Below are positions 41,283 to 54,134 of a stretch of DNA of 64,000 nucleotides, piece by piece; the first letter of the stretch is position 1, and each line of letters starts with the position of its first letter. Source of the DNA: Octopus sinensis (lineage: Eukaryota); assembly GCF_006345805.1 (NCBI RefSeq), contig NC_043011.1:44218464-44282463 (forward strand), in the 5' to 3' direction. Position numbers and translations under genes: made by a program. The notes beneath the pieces are model-generated. The model saw only the letters and a program-made list of their open reading frames with translations. It ran no database searches and was not told the DNA's origin.

Positions 41283-41962
41283 GTATGTTTCTTATATATG
41301 GCTTCTCTTTAATGTCTTAAACATCTTCCCCAATTTTGTCCTTAAATATATACATCTCAGATATATGCCTTAAAGATGAGGTCCTTCAGCTCCTTAGCTT
41401 CTCATTTAAGAGAATGCAACTCCATATAAATCCTGCCTCCTGACTATTACAATGCTTATAGCACTTGTTCCAACAGACCAATGCAAGTCTGAAGGATGAG
41501 TGAATAGGACTGGCTCTGCACAAACCATGCTCACCACAATAATATTCTTTATGCTGGTTGTGCAACTGTGTCTTATGTATATTTCCCTTACATATATCTT
41601 AACCTCTCATATATGCATTACTTATAGACATCCCATAATTGTATGGCTTAAATATACTTCTATCATATGAATATTAACTGCTCACCTGTATATCTTAAGT
41701 ACACACCTCACAAATGTTTATCTTCAACATACTCTTCTCGTGTATATCTTAATCTCTTGTCAAGTTTATCTTAAATATCTCATCATGGATATCTTAAATT
41801 ATATACCTCTTATATGTTTTAAATATATTTTTCTATTACATAAGTATTAATATTTTTTTATGTAAATGTAGTAAAGAAAAATATTAATTAATTAAAGATA
41901 AAGAGAAAATATTTTAAAATGTCCCTAACTAGTGTACTTTGTTTTATATTAGTTATTAGCTA

Positions 41963-42015
<53 letters not shown>

Positions 42016-42956
42016 AAGGTGGCAAGCTGGCAGAATTGTTTGTTTTTATATTCTGAGTTCAAATTCTGCCAAGGTGGACTTTGCCTTTCATCCTTCTGGG
42101 GTCAATAAAACGAGTACCAGTTGAGTACTAGAGTTGATTCAATTGACTTAGCCCCGCCCTGATCTTGCTGGCCTTGTGCTAAAATTTGAAGGCATTATTG
42201 TTATTATTATTATCAAAGTGGCGAGCTGGCAGAATCATTAGCAGACTGCATGAGATGCTTACCAGTATTTCGCCATTAGCAGTATTTGCTACATTCTGAG
42301 TTCAAATTCCGCTGAGGTCAACTTTGCCTTTCCTCCTTTCGAGGTCAATAAATTAAGTACCAGTGAAACAGTAGGGTCGATGTAATTGACTAGTCCCATC
42401 CCCCAAAATTTCAGGGCTTGTGCCTACAGCAGATTATTATTATTATTATTATTACTATTATTATTATTATTATTACTATTGAGTGAGAAAGCAGTGCATG
42501 CCATCAAAGTGACACTGGGGTAAAATATACGAAGCCCAGTATACCCATCATGACTACCCGTCTGATAAGGGTACACCAGGCAGATGCATCATAACCATGT
42601 GTGCACAACATGGTGATCTCATATCAAGATAAACAGCGCATGACCTTGCAAGTGGGGCCCAGTTAGAGTTTTCTTCTGGTCGAGTAGCCCATCCCACTCA
42701 AAAGGTCCCTGAATAAGGGTTGTTTAAGGATGTTGAACGAAACTCCCATGTTTCCAAATGTGAATTATCCAAACCTCTACCTTTTAACACATGGCTATAA
42801 TGCTCCCCCACAACTTCTGCTCGTGATCAGAGATGCACATATCATCAGCCACTAAGGGACATGCTGAAATTATTAAGGACAAACAAATCTGTGGTATTGA
42901 GCAGAATATTTGCTGTAGCCCATCTTTTATACCAAGACAAAACAATGTACATGATA

Positions 42957-42993
<37 letters not shown>

Positions 42994-43233
42994 GATACTA
43001 TTATTATCATTAGGCAATGAACTGGTAGAATCGTTAGCACATTGGACAAAATATTTCACAGCATTTTGTCCATCTTTCCATTCTGTTTCCAATTTCTGCC
43101 AGCATTGATTCTGTCCTCCATCCTTTTGAGATCGATAAAGTGAGTACCAGTCAAGTACTGAAGTCAATAAAATTGACTAGCCACCCCCCCTGCTCGCCCA
43201 AATTTTCAAGTCTTGTGCCTATTGTAAAAAGGG

Positions 43234-43270
<37 letters not shown>

Positions 43271-43424
43271 CATTATTATTATTAATATTATTTATCAACG
43301 TTATTCTTTCTATATATTCAACCATTATATTTCATCTTTTCTTCTAACTTTCTAAACCAAAAAAAAAAAAAAACTAACATAAAAACAAAACAAAACCCAA
43401 CAACAACGAAACAACTATTGTTAG

Positions 43425-43481
43425 GTCCATTCCGAAGATTCCAGAGTCTTGTATCAGCCACGTCTTTGAGTCCGACATCGG
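43425..43481 (+). CDS. Candidate 57-nt cassette exon (G)PFRRFQSLVSATSLSPTS
   Basis: ttag| acceptor, CGG|gtaaga donor, symmetric phase 1-1 matching the host intron, no stops. Confidence 0.6.
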
Positions 43482-43614
43482 GTAAGATTATGTCAGTGAT
43501 CGATGTCACCACCATCCAACCCCACCACATGCTGTATCCACTCTGGCAGTATATGTGGTAGCATGAAAAATAAATCCTTTTTTTTCTTTGTTGTTTTTTG
43601 ACTGCTATTTAATT

Positions 43615-43647
<33 letters not shown>

Positions 43648-45781
43648 TTTTGAAATTTTAATATCTTTGTGTAAAGTTGTTTCAACACTTACCAACTTCC
43701 TCCTCTTCCTTCTCCTCTCACATGTGTTTCTTGTGTTCTTGCCGAGTTCTTTCTTTGTACTTCTGTTGAGGAAGGATTCCAAAATTGGAAGACGAGTAAA
43801 AAAAAATAATAATAATTTATAGGTTCAGGCATGGCTGTGTGGTTAAGAATCTTGCTTTGCAACCATTTGGTTTCTAGTTCAGTCCCACTACACAGCACCT
43901 TGAGCAGGTGTGTCTTCTTCTCTGACTCAGCGCCTCTGAGCCAACTAATGCTTTGTGAGTGAATTTGGCTGATGGAAACTGTGTGGAAGCTTGTATCATC
44001 ATCATTATTATTATCATCATCATCGTCAAATGGTAGAAAAACTAACTGTATACCCTGACCATGTGGTTACGGGCCCCAGTTTTAATACCAGACACGACAT
44101 TATCTTAGGCACTGCAAGGGGACATAACTCTGCTCTCGTCAGTATCCCTGGCTGGCAAGGAGTTTATGTCGATTCTTCATGACTAAATAATCAGCTGTAT
44201 GAAAGATAATCAGCTGCAAAACCTGATTCTGCCTCTGCTTATAAACAAAATGGATGGGGTCGGGTGGAGGGAAAGCCGTAGATAATGGAGACAACAAAGG
44301 CTAAAATATTAAACAGTGAATATTGACTGGTAGAGGAAACAGCCCAAAGCAAGAAATGTGTGTGTGTGTGTGTACACATGCGTAATGGTAATGGTGAACA
44401 CTAGTAATAGTAATGTCTGCTGTGACTAAATGAAACCCATCTATGTTTGAAATGCTGTGCTTTCTGGCATTCAAGTTGAAATTTTTTTAGACCAAAAAAT
44501 TTACAGCCGAATATGGTAAGTCAACCCCAAAATCAAAAATTCCATGTGGAACGCAAGAGGGTTTGGAGAGTAGTGGCAATGTGTGAATGTTAAGCTTACG
44601 TATTCACATTATATACCACGTATGTCAGAAAATACTATATCTGCTGTAGTGGATGTCACTACCCAGTGACATCGCAGCTGATTTCTACAGCTGAGTGAAC
44701 TGGAGCAACGTAATCCCTGAACCATGCATACGTACAACTTTGCCTTTCATCGTTTTGGTGGATGGGAATGTTGATAAAACGGTACCAATTCATCTAAGTT
44801 GGCTGAACTGTAAGCAAATATTGGACTGGATGCTATTTTTGTGGTGTTTGTCTCTGTTTTTCGCGTTTTGAGTTCGAATCTCACCCTGACTACACTTGAT
44901 GTTGTAGCCTTAATCCATTGCCTGATCCTTGGGTACTTTTAGTGGAGTTCACTTTGGCCTTCAATTTAAGGATATCTTCCACCCTCCTTCTCTCCTTCTC
45001 CACTGTCTCTCCTCTGAACAAACAGAAAACTAAAAACTGTGTGTCAATATGTTAATCATTTGAGGCGTTATGTGACCTAAAACTGGGTGTTTGGATTCAA
45101 CTGTACCATAATCCTGTCAAGCGTAACATGTGCTAAGTCCATCTTGGAGACGTACCTTAAGATTCTTCAGTATACATTTGTTAATCTAAATATATTGAGA
45201 CCTAAACAGAGCCAGGAATTCATCAGTAAATCCCCAATGTGACATTAGTGAAGATAATTAGCTGTTAATATCTTCTGAAATATTTAAGGCAACATGTTTC
45301 CAGAATCGTTAGCATGCTGGGTAGATTGCTTAGCTGCATCTTGTCCATCTTTACATTCTGGGTTCAAACTCTGCCGAGGTCGACTTTGCTGTTCATCCTT
45401 TCGGGGTCGACAAAATAAGTTCCAGGGTCATGGTAATTGATTTATCCCCTTCCCCAAACCTGCCCCCCTGCCAAAAATTTGAAATCATTATTTTCTGAAA
45501 TATTTCAAAATTAGTGCCCACCCAAGCACATTTTTGCATGTGGACTGTCTTTTTTTTTTTTTCATTAATTTCCCCTTTTCTTTTACTTCTTCTTTTGCGC
45601 CACCATTTCACAGAGTGCATCCTGCAATGTTTTTTGCAACAAGCGTGTCCCTGAATGTCTAATGGACACTGTAATACTGATGTTGTTTAATTTTGTTGTT
45701 GCTGTTGTTGTCTTTTTAATACACTGACTACACACCTCCCACCCACCTCTCCTCTACTGCTCTCCTTGCCTGCTGCTGTAG

Positions 45782-45805
45782 GTGCTGCTGCTGATGCTGC
45801 TACAT
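45782..45805 (+). CDS. Candidate 24-nt microexon (G)AAADAAT(S)
   Basis: CTGAC branch-like site, pyrimidine tract, TGC repeats, tag| acceptor, CAT|gtgaat donor; symmetric phase 1-1. Confidence 0.5.
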
Positions 45806-45959
45806 GTGAATATATTGTTATATACCCTTCAGTTTCTTTCACACTACTCTGTGCCACCATGTCTCCCTCTGTGACTTTATATATGCATGGCCTCCTTGTA
45901 GACACTTCACACTTCACCATCACCAACAAAAACCATTTTGCTCACATAATGTCACCATG

Positions 45960-46570
45960 TCACATGATCGTCACATGTATCTGTACACCAACACTCAGCC
46001 ATATGACTCATTCATGTATCTGGTCACAAACACCAGACCACATGTATCTGTACACTGACATCAGATCACACAATTCCCACATGTATCTGTACACCAACAC
46101 TAGATCATATGACAGCCAGATGTACCTGTACACTAACATCAAATCATATGACTCCTACATGTACCTGTATACCAAATCCTGGCCACATGATTCCCACATG
46201 TGTCTGTACACCAACACTCGATCGTATGACAGCCAGATGTACCTGTACACTAACATCAAATCATATGACTCCTACATGTACCTGTATACCAAATCCTTGC
46301 CACGTGATTCCCACATGTATCTGTACACCAACACTAGATCATATGACAGTCAGATGTACCTGTACACTAACATCAAATCATATGACTGCTACATGTACCT
46401 GTATACCAAATCCTGGTCAAGTGATTCCCACATGTGTCTGTACACCAACACTCGATCATATGACAGCCAGATGTACCTGTACACTAATATCAAATCATAT
46501 GACTCCTACATGTACCTGTATACCAAATGCTGGCCACATGATCCGCACATGTGTCTATACACCAACACCT
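45960..46570. repeat. Minisatellite: 39-bp monomer arranged as a 117-bp higher-order repeat
   Basis: Translation repeats HMYLYTNTRSYDS/QMYLYTNIKSYDS/YMYLYTKSWPHDS about 4 times. Confidence 0.92.
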
Positions 46571-46679
46571 CATCATTACATAGATAAAATCTCCTGGAAA
46601 CAAAGAAACATTTGTTATGCATAATTTACTGGTTGGCTTTCATAGAGAATTATCAGCCATTGTATATACTTGATGCTAT

Positions 46680-46926
46680 AGTTAGCAGATGTGGTCATCT
46701 GTTGCTAGTATTAGCAGATGTGGTCATCTGTTGCTAATGGTAGAAAAATATTCTCATATGTTACTGTTGTTAACAGATGTAGTCAGCTGTTGCTATTGTT
46801 AGCCGATGCTCTCATCTGTTACTACTGTTAACAGATGTAGTCGTCTGTTGCTAATATTAGATGCTATCTAATGTTAGCAGATGTGTTCATCTGTAGTTAC
46901 TGTCACCAGCAGATGGAATCATCTGT
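46680..46926. repeat. Self-complementary ~29-bp minisatellite (gttagcagatgtggtcatctgttgcta)
   Basis: About 8 units, each containing cagatg/catctg. Confidence 0.8.
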
Positions 46927-47438
46927 GGAAATCCTCACTAAATACAAGTGCATTCATCAGTTTCACATATCCATTCACGTGTTTTACATTAACATAACTA
47001 TTAAACATCTCGTGAATTTCAGATTCTGTTGCAATTCTGAGGAATTATGAAATTTCTGTAGTAATTTTATATAATTCTATAAAAATTGGAGTAAATCTGA
47101 TAATTGTGCAATAACTCTTTAAAACATGCTAAAATTTTTATGATAATTCTATGGAATTTTAAAACAAAATGTAATAATTCTGTGGAATTCTGAAAATTAT
47201 AAAATAATCTTATGGAATTTTAAAAAAATTTACAGTAATTCTCTTGAAATTTGTTTAACTGTGTCCTGACTTCATGCAAATCTGAAAATTTCTTGGAAAA
47301 TTTTATGAAATTTTGAAAATATGATCAGTAAAACTATAAAATTTCGAAACACTTTTTGTGTGTGTATATAATTCTTTGAATATTGCAAAGTGTGGAATAA
47401 TCCCTATAAAACTTGTTGTTTTCTTGTTCTGTTTCCAG

Positions 47439-47585
47439 CTGCCGAAATTGCTGCTGAATTAGATCGTGATGAACAAGAAGAATCTGGTGTAATGGCTGCT
47501 GTTAAACACCAAGAACGGGAATATCTCGGAATGCTGGAATATAACAAGACCGATGAGACAGCACTCATTAAGAACCTTGTATTTG
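47439..47585 (+). CDS. MYO5: Myosin V exon, start of globular tail (AAEIAAELDRDE...EREYLGMLEYNKTDETALIKNLVF)
   Basis: gtttccag| acceptor, |gtaaga donor, phase 1-1; GMLEY..DE..L.KNL motif of the MYO5 tail. Confidence 0.95.
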
Positions 47586-47599
47586 GTAAGAAATGGTTT

Positions 47600-48595
47600 A
47601 ATGTTCTGTTGCTCCATATAAAAGGACTGACTCTACTTTTGCATTAGTTGAGAGAGGTCTTCAGGGTGGCATCCAGTGTCTGTGATGAGTTAATCTACAT
47701 ACGTTGTGTTCGGATGACCTGCTCAAGTACGGCCATGCTTTGGCAGCCATAGCAGTCGGTCACTTGCCAGCTCTTGTTTAAGCTCACCAATAATGTCCTA
47801 TGGCTCAATGGTTAGAGCATAGAGCTTACGATCATGAGGTTGTGAGTTCAATTCCCAGACCAAGCTGTGTGTTGTGTTCTTGAGCAAGACACTTTATTTC
47901 ATGTTGCTCCAGTTAACTCAGCTGTAGAAATGATTTGCGACATCACTGGTGTCAAGCTGTATCGGCCTTTGCCTTTCCTCTTGGATAACATCAGTGGCGT
48001 GGAGAAGGGAGCCTAGTATGCTGGGTGACTGCTGGTCTTCCACAAACAATCTTGCCCTTACTTGTGCCTGGGAGGGTAACTTTCTAGGTGCAGTCTCATG
48101 GTCAATCATGACCGAAGGGGTCTCCTCTTCAATGTCCTGCAAAGCACAGGCACCTCGGCCTTATAATTATGGAAACAGGCAGGAGATCTCCTTACAGATG
48201 TTTCTTTGTGGGATGAGTTCTCCAAGATATATTTAAGACAGCTGTTAGCATTCAGGTGTAAGTTCCATCTGACTTGGATTCCAGGTTTTTGGTAAGTGCC
48301 CAGCCTGTTGCTCCATATAAAAAGGCTGACTCAGCTGTTGCACAGGGGAATAAAAAAAATTCCTCTTAAGGTTGTCTGACAGGTTTGATTCCCAGGCATC
48401 AAGAACTGGTAAGTGACCTAAAGCTATGGATACCAAAGCATGGCCATACTTGCGCAGGTCATCTGAACACAACACATGCCGATCACCAGAAACACGAGAT
48501 GCCTCCATGAAGACCTCCCTCGACTAATGCAAGACCAAGATGGATGATGTGTATGGGTAAAACATGTCCAATCAAACTCAACTGGATGATGATTC
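47600..48595. mobile_element. RTE-clade LINE remnants: minus copy split by a SINE, plus an inverted copy of the 3' end
   Basis: Degenerate AVLNISWRTHPTK (minus) and QELVSDLKLWIPKHG...EDLPRLMQDQDGW (plus). Confidence 0.65.
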
Positions 48596-49500
48596 TGATT
48601 GTTTCTGTGAGAACTACGAGGAATCGTTATGCTGACATCTCTGGCAGTTTGTCTGCTGAATTTGTATGGTTCCAGAGAAGTTAAGTTCAAGTCAGCGACA
48701 TCTCTCTACTTTATCAGCCAATATACAAGAGTTATTTATTGGACTCTTTAATTAATGCTATGAGATTTCAAATCTATTGGACACATTTAGTGTTTTATTT
48801 CATTTGTGGGGCAGGAGAACTGTATAGGTTTGCATCTTGTCAGTTGAATGAAGTATTTCCAGAAAGTGTGAGGAATGTTACCTGTAGCCCTATCCCCCTG
48901 GAAGTTTTTCTTTTTTTATGTATATGTCAGCTCTTGGGCTGGGGTGTGTGTTGTGTTCTTGAGCAAGACACTTTATTTCACGTTGTTCCAGTTCACTCAG
49001 CTGTAGGTGAGTGAAGGAGCATAGCTTAGTGGTTAGAGCACCGGGCTGACAATTATGAGGTAGTGAGTTTGATTCCCAGACCGGGCTGTTTGTTGTCTAC
49101 ACCACCTGTCTTCGTCTTTTGTATTTTTTTTGTGAATTCTCCCCCTCCTTATATATATATATATACGGATCAAAGCAGTTTGATTCAAACTCCTTGGTAC
49201 TCTGAGTTTCAAGCATGATGCTAGTCTTTAGCCATAGGAGTTTGAATCTTTCATTTGCCTACTCACTCATATATACACACACACACACACATGCTGAAAC
49301 AGCTGTAAGGAGTGATATTTTAATGATTTCAATAATTTATATTATGATTTTATAATTTGTATTCTTATCTTATACGTATTGAATTATAAGATATATATGT
49401 ATGCTATTAAGGTTCTCATTTTATTAATTGAATAAATAATTCAACATTATAATATCCGAAAGTTGATGAACAAACTAAATTGTTTCTCCATTTTCTTATT

Positions 49501-49560
<60 letters not shown>

Positions 49561-49627
49561 CACGTGTGTGTATACATACTCACACACATATATACAATAA
49601 ATTTTTTGTCTCTCTTTCTCTGTCTAG

Positions 49628-49779
49628 ATCTCCAGCCCTATGTTGCCGAGTCTATGTTACCTGGACTACCAGCCTATATAATTTTCATGTGTATCAGACA
49701 CACTGACCATATCAATGAAGACGAGAAAGTGTGTAGCCTGCTGACCGGTGTGGTCAATGGCATAAAGAGAGTGGTAAAG
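49628..49779 (+). CDS. MYO5: Myosin V exon (DLQPYVAESMLPGLPAYIIFMCIRHTDHINEDEKVCSLLTGVVNGIKRVVK)
   Basis: tctag| acceptor, |gtaagg donor, phase 1-0; PGLPAYI.FMC.RH.D signature. Confidence 0.97.
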
Positions 49780-49846
49780 GTAAGGGAGATAACTGTTTGT
49801 GTCCTTATGAATTCTCTCAAGAATTGTTGCAGATTTTATTTATATA

Positions 49847-50214
49847 CTAGCAGTATCGCCCGGCGTTGCTCGGGTTTGTAAGGGAAATAACTATATAAGC
49901 ATTTTTAGAGATGTAAAGTATAATAGCCATCTCAATATGGCTAACCACAAAGGGGGGTGTTACTGTAGCTTTTTACGTTCTGAGATTGAATAATACATTT
50001 TTAGAGAGTTACTTCCCTCATATAATAGCAAAAAAATGCATTAAAAATTATGGTAAATTTTTTTTTAAATCGTAGACTCATCGTAGACGTGCGCTAATAC
50101 CCAGAAGGGCTATAAGATACCCGCTTTTGGTTAAACTGCACCGCAAAATGTGGGAGTAGTTAGGAATCTAAATCGTAGGAGACAGACACACAGCTTCACT
50201 TTTATATATAAAGA
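49847..50214 (-). mobile_element. Non-autonomous Helitron-like element
   Basis: Minus strand starts TC and ends CTAG, between A and T; GC-rich hairpin (cccggcgttgctcggg) about 10 nt from the CTAG end; no TSD. Confidence 0.7.
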
Positions 50215-51578
50215 TTTCTTTATTCTATGTAAGAAAAGTTATAAATTTAAAATAAAAAAGATGAAGGCAAATCTATATATACCAGCTTTTTATGTTCTGT
50301 GTTCAGATCCTGCAGGAGTCACTTTTGTTTGTCATCATTTCAAGGTCATTTAACATTAAAGCTGCTGAAATGGATAGGTAAAAAATGAAAAGTAAAGTTA
50401 CCTTCTCGGGTTATACTGACTCATAAGCGCCAGTTTCCATGACATATATATTCCCCCGACCTGGATGGGATGCCAGTCCGTCGTATGATTACTCATTTTT
50501 GCCAGCTGAGGGCACTGGTCCCAGAATCGAAACCACAATCCATGCATAATAATGATTTTCCTTCTTGTGACGCAAACCCTACTTGTGAAGACCTGTTGAG
50601 GCAAGGGAAAATCGAAATCGAAATCGATCAACATCAATGGAAATTGTAGCTGTGATACCAGTGCCGATGGCACGTAAGAGAACCATCCGAACGTGGCCGT
50701 TGGCAGCGCCGCCCTGACTGGCCTCCGTGCCGGTGGCACGTAAAAAGCACCATCCGATTGTGGCCGTTGCCAGCCTCGTCTGGCCCCCGTGCCGGTGGGA
50801 TGTAAAAGGCACCATCTGATCATGGCCGTTTGCCAGCCTCGTCTGGCACCTGTGCAGTTGACACGTAAAAACCACCCACTACACTCACAAAGTGGTTGGC
50901 GTTAGAAAGGGCATCCAGCCATAGAAACACTGCCAGATCAGACTGGGCCTGGCGCAGCCTTCTGGCTTCCCAGACCCCAGTTGAATGATGATGATGATGA
51001 TGAATATTAATAATAATAATAATGATTTCTTTTATTTGTCACTAAGGCAGTGGATGAGCAGGACAATACAAAAATGAACATAAACTGTGGGGATTAACTT
51101 AGAATGAAGTAGTAGTGATGGTAGTAGTAGTAGTAGCAGTAGTAGTATGGGGTAATGCTCTGTTATAGCATGTTGCTGCATCCACCATCTGTTGGTGGTG
51201 CCTTACTCCTGGTGAATGACACCTTTGTACTACTCAGGCAATAACCTTCCAACCCATGGAATCTGTTTGTGTAGTCGTTGCTGGTTGAGGACTTTGTGAG
51301 AAAGGACAGTAGATCCTACATCAACTTCTTTTAGTCACCTTTTATGACATGCAGAGGAAAAGTTGGGTCTGTTCTTTGGCATGCTGGACCCCCACACAGC
51401 ACACAGAACAATGCAGAAAAGCACGTATGTACATGGTATATACTATTAACAAAAGGAAAGAAGCATACATCAGTTGTCGTAGTAGTAGTAGTGGTAAAAA
51501 TAATTAATGATAATAATAATTATAATTGTGATTGTGATTGTAATTATAATATGTTGTGTTGTATATTTGTTATTACAG

Positions 51579-51668
51579 AAAAACACCAATGATATAGAAA
51601 GAGTGACGTTATGGCTTGCCAATTGTTGCCGTTTGTTACACAATTTGAAACAATACAGTGGAGAGAAG
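51579..51668 (+). CDS. MYO5: Myosin V exon KNTNDIERVTLWLANCCRLLHNLKQYSGEK
   Basis: ttacag| acceptor, |gtaggc donor, 90 nt; WL.N.CR.LH.LKQYSGE signature. Confidence 0.97.
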
Positions 51669-51743
51669 GTAGGCTTTCCTTTTTTATTTATCACTCCCCC
51701 TCTCTTTCTCTCTCTCTCTCTTTTTTCTTTGCCTCTCATTCTT

Positions 51744-51793
<50 letters not shown>

Positions 51794-51908
51794 GATTTAA
51801 AATAATAAGGGTGAAAAATTGAATGTTAATTAGATTAATATCAATCTAAAACCAGTGGTCTAGCATACAGAAAAATCTGAAGTTTCAGAAAAAATTATAT
51901 TACATACA

Positions 51909-52190
51909 TATAAGAGGGATGACCACTAGGTGGACATCCATTATGCTGGAAATCAACCCCCTATCCTCTAACCACTAAGAAAGGAATGTTCTCAAGAAAA
52001 TTTAGCAAACACCAGAATGTAAGTGAGCAAGACAAATGAAAAGATACAAAATATACAGATTAATCACAAACCTTTTCATTGTTACCGTGTTTGCTAAATT
52101 TTCTTGAGAACATTCCTTTCTTAGTAGTAAGACCATAGAGGGTCGACTTCTAGCATAATGGATGTCCACTTAGTGGTCATCTCCCTTATA
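51909..52190. repeat. Inverted repeat (~100-bp arms)
   Basis: ctaagaaaggaatgttctcaagaaaatttagcaaacac vs gtgtttgctaaattttcttgagaacattcctttcttag. Confidence 0.9.
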
Positions 52191-52399
52191 TATATATATA
52201 TATATTTCACTTTTACTTTCATTTTCTTTTTCATTCTTCATCCATTTGTGTCTGTCATCTCCCTTTCTTTTTTCTTCCACAAATTGTCTCTATCACTTCT
52301 CTATCAATTAAACATATACCTACGCACACACATACATATACACATATATATGTACACATACATACATGTGTATGTATGTAGTTATGTATACATATATAC

Positions 52400-52436
<37 letters not shown>

Positions 52437-52468
52437 ATACATGAATATTACATGTCTGATCTTTGCAG

Positions 52469-52619
52469 CGTTACCAAAATACCAATAATCCCAAACAAAA
52501 TGAACACTGCTTACGAAACTTTGACCTATCTGAATACCGACCAGTCTTTAACGACCTGTGTGTCTATAATTACCGACAGTTAATCAAAGTTATGAAAGAA
52601 AACCTGGATAAACTTATTG
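52469..52619 (+). CDS. MYO5: Myosin V exon RYQNTNNPKQNEHCLRNFDLSEYRPVFNDLCVYNYRQLIKVMKENLDKLI
   Basis: tttgcag| acceptor, |gtaaat donor, phase 0-1; QNEHCL.NFDL.EYR signature. Confidence 0.97.
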
Positions 52620-52809
52620 GTAAATATCTCCAATCATTCTTTGTCTACTTATTGGAAAAATTTGTCAAAATATTGTATAAATATTGGTAAATATCTCCAA
52701 TAGTTTTCAATGTCTAAATATTGGTAAATATTGTCTACATGTTGTCTAAATATTGTCTATATATCATCATCATTTAATACCCATGTTTCATGTAAAAAAA
52801 AAAAATGGT

Positions 52810-53142
52810 AAAGTTACCTTCTCATCATTTTATTTATGCGCCCTTTTCAAGCCTAGCCAGGCTCATGGGCCCAGTTTCCCCGGTTACTGTGGCGTATGTG
52901 TTCCCGCCAGCTGGACGGGACACCAGTCCATCGCAGCGTTACCCAAGAAACAGGAAGAAAGAGTGAGAGAAAGTTGGGGCAAAAGAGTACAACAGGGGTC
53001 GCCACCACCCATTGCCGGAGCCTCGTGGAGCTTTTAGGTGTTTTTGCTCAATAAACACACACAATGCCCAGTCTGGGAATCAAAACTGCGATCCTTTGAC
53101 CACGAGTCCGCTGCCCTAACCACTGGGCCATTGCGCCTCCGC
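52810..53142 (-). mobile_element. tRNA-derived SINE (family E)
   Basis: ggaggcgcaatggcccagtggttagggcagcggactc head on the minus strand; related copies at 37280 and 39505-39745. Confidence 0.75.
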
Positions 53143-53545
53143 ACCTTCTTGTCATAGTGACTCATAACAGGTGGTTTGCTGGTTCAATGACATATATATA
53201 TCCCACCTGGACAGGATGCCAGTCAGTTGCGGGATTAATCATTTTTGCCAGCTGAGTGGACTGAAGCAATATGCAATGAAGTATTTTGCTCCAAGAACAC
53301 AACACATCACCTGGTCCAGGAATCAAAACCACAATCTTGCAATCATAAGTCCAGCACCCTAACCACTGAGATTCATGCCTCCACTTTATTCCATACAGCT
53401 ATAGGCTGGATGGTTTGACAGGATCTGATGGACGCAAGGGCTGTGTCATAATCCAGTTTCTGCTTCGGTATGGTTTCTACTGCTGGATGCCCTTCCTAAT
53501 GCGACCCTTTATAGCTTTTACTGGGTGCTATTTTATATTTAGTGC

Positions 53546-53842
53546 CTCACTATATTTATCTAACTACATGATATCACCATATTTATCCTACCACATGATA
53601 TCACTATATTTATCCTACCACATGATATCACTATATTTATCTAACCACATGATATTACTATATTTATCTAACCACATGATATTACTATATTTATCTAACC
53701 ACATGATATCACTATATTTATCTAACCACATGATATCACTATATTTATCTAACTACATGATATCACTCTGTTTATCTAACCACATGATATCACTCTATTT
53801 GTCTAACCACATATCATTATATTTATCTAACCACATGATATT
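53546..53842. repeat. 27-bp minisatellite (cactatatttatctaaccacatgatat) x ~11
   Basis: Direct tandem units. Confidence 0.92.
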
Positions 53843-54134
53843 CTTAGGGTTATGACTGTTTTGCTACCTTCTTCATGTAGTACTAGTTTATCAACTGGGA
53901 CTACATTATCCAATAAGTACTTTTTGTTTTAAGAGATTTATATTGGCATTAGAAAGAGCATTCAGCCATAGAAACCATGCCGAGGTAGACATTGGAGCTT
54001 GGCACAGACCTATAGTTCTTCAGTTCCTGTTGAACTGCCCAACCTATGCCTTGGAAAATGGATGTCGAATGATAAGATAGACAGACAGATCAATAGATAT
54101 GGATATAAATGATCTTAATAATCTTCTTTTCCAG

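Noticed and set aside
45766-46624. 273-aa and 171-aa repeat ORFs as a nested gene
   Set aside because: Open frames arise from a stop-free 39-bp unit; no supporting gene structure
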